A stretch of 35,115 bases of DNA, taken from IMG/VR virus record IMGVR_UViG_3300017650_000020, positions 1 to 35,115 of that record; one strand, written 5' to 3'. Shown here piece by piece: positions 34,865 through 35,115 of the stretch (its first letter is position 1; the number at the start of each line of letters is the position of its first letter). Both the position numbers and the translations under genes were made by a program. This stretch comes from a virus. Taxonomy: Duplodnaviria > Caudoviricetes. The notes beneath the pieces are model-generated. The model worked only from the letters and a program-made list of their open reading frames with translations, searched no databases and was not told the origin of the DNA.

Positions 34865-34879
34865 GAACATTCCAAGAAC
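34865..34879 (-). promoter_or_regulatory. Alphaproteobacterial LexA (SOS) box
   Basis: GAAC-ATTCCAA-GAAC is an exact GAAC-N7-GAAC, 34 bp upstream of ATG 34831. Confidence 0.8.
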
Positions 34880-34994
34880 ATACTGTGCCCCTTTTTGTGT
34901 CGGCGCTTGACCGCAATGTTCGCGGTATGTGCGCGTCCGGCGGACCGTTATTTCCCTTGCAACACGCTGAAATACCAATAAAAACGGCCCTATT

Positions 34995-35069
34995 GCCGGA
35001 TTAGCTCAGCGGTAGAGCAGCGGTTTTGTAAACCGAAGGTCGGGGGTTCAATCCCCTCATCCGGCACCA
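34995..35069 (+). tRNA. tRNA-Thr(UGU)
   Basis: GCCGGAT/ATCCGGC acceptor stem, D arm AGCTCAGCGGTAGAGC, anticodon loop TTTGTAA, GGTTCAATCC T arm, encoded CCA. Confidence 0.97.
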
Positions 35070-35115
35070 CCCGTTTGGAAAAGCCGGCGTGGCTCCTTAG
35101 CGCTTGGTCTGGGCG

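Larger units (their letters stand above)
1..34990. mobile_element. Temperate P22-like prophage (partial; left end and integrase outside the window)
   Basis: Lambdoid gene order (recombination, cI/cro, replication, Q-like) followed by P22-type terminase, portal, scaffold, coat and ejection genes and a lysis cassette, ending next to a tRNA. Confidence 0.93.

Overview
The window holds most of a temperate, P22-like (short-tailed) prophage with a lambdoid genetic switch. The host is very likely a GC-rich alphaproteobacterium, since there are two alpha-type LexA boxes and several rhizobial-type phage gene families. From left to right it contains: (1) a leftward early/recombination operon (ssb, YqaJ exonuclease, NUMOD4-HNH, ERF); (2) AT-richer accessory genes (morons), including a GNAT toxin-like gene pair; (3) cI/cro with matched OL/OR operators; (4) a rightward early/replication operon (two ParB-like proteins, RusA, a DnaA domain-IV protein, HNH, initiator, a parS site); (5) a Q-position late regulator; (6) a structured noncoding region with a tRNA-like cloverleaf; (7) an Acb2/Tad1-like gene; (8) terminase, portal, scaffold, coat, tail and ejection genes; (9) more morons, two receptor-binding proteins and the lysis cassette; (10) tRNA-Thr(UGU). 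No integrase is in the window; it probably lies to the left. The most notable observations are an HNH gene that appears to have captured the exonuclease N-terminus and left a synonymously recoded replacement, a LexA-boxed gene convergent on a repressor that lacks a peptidase domain, the tRNA-like RNA, and the parS/ParB/DnaA-IV set. All family calls come from motif recognition by eye; no database searches were run.
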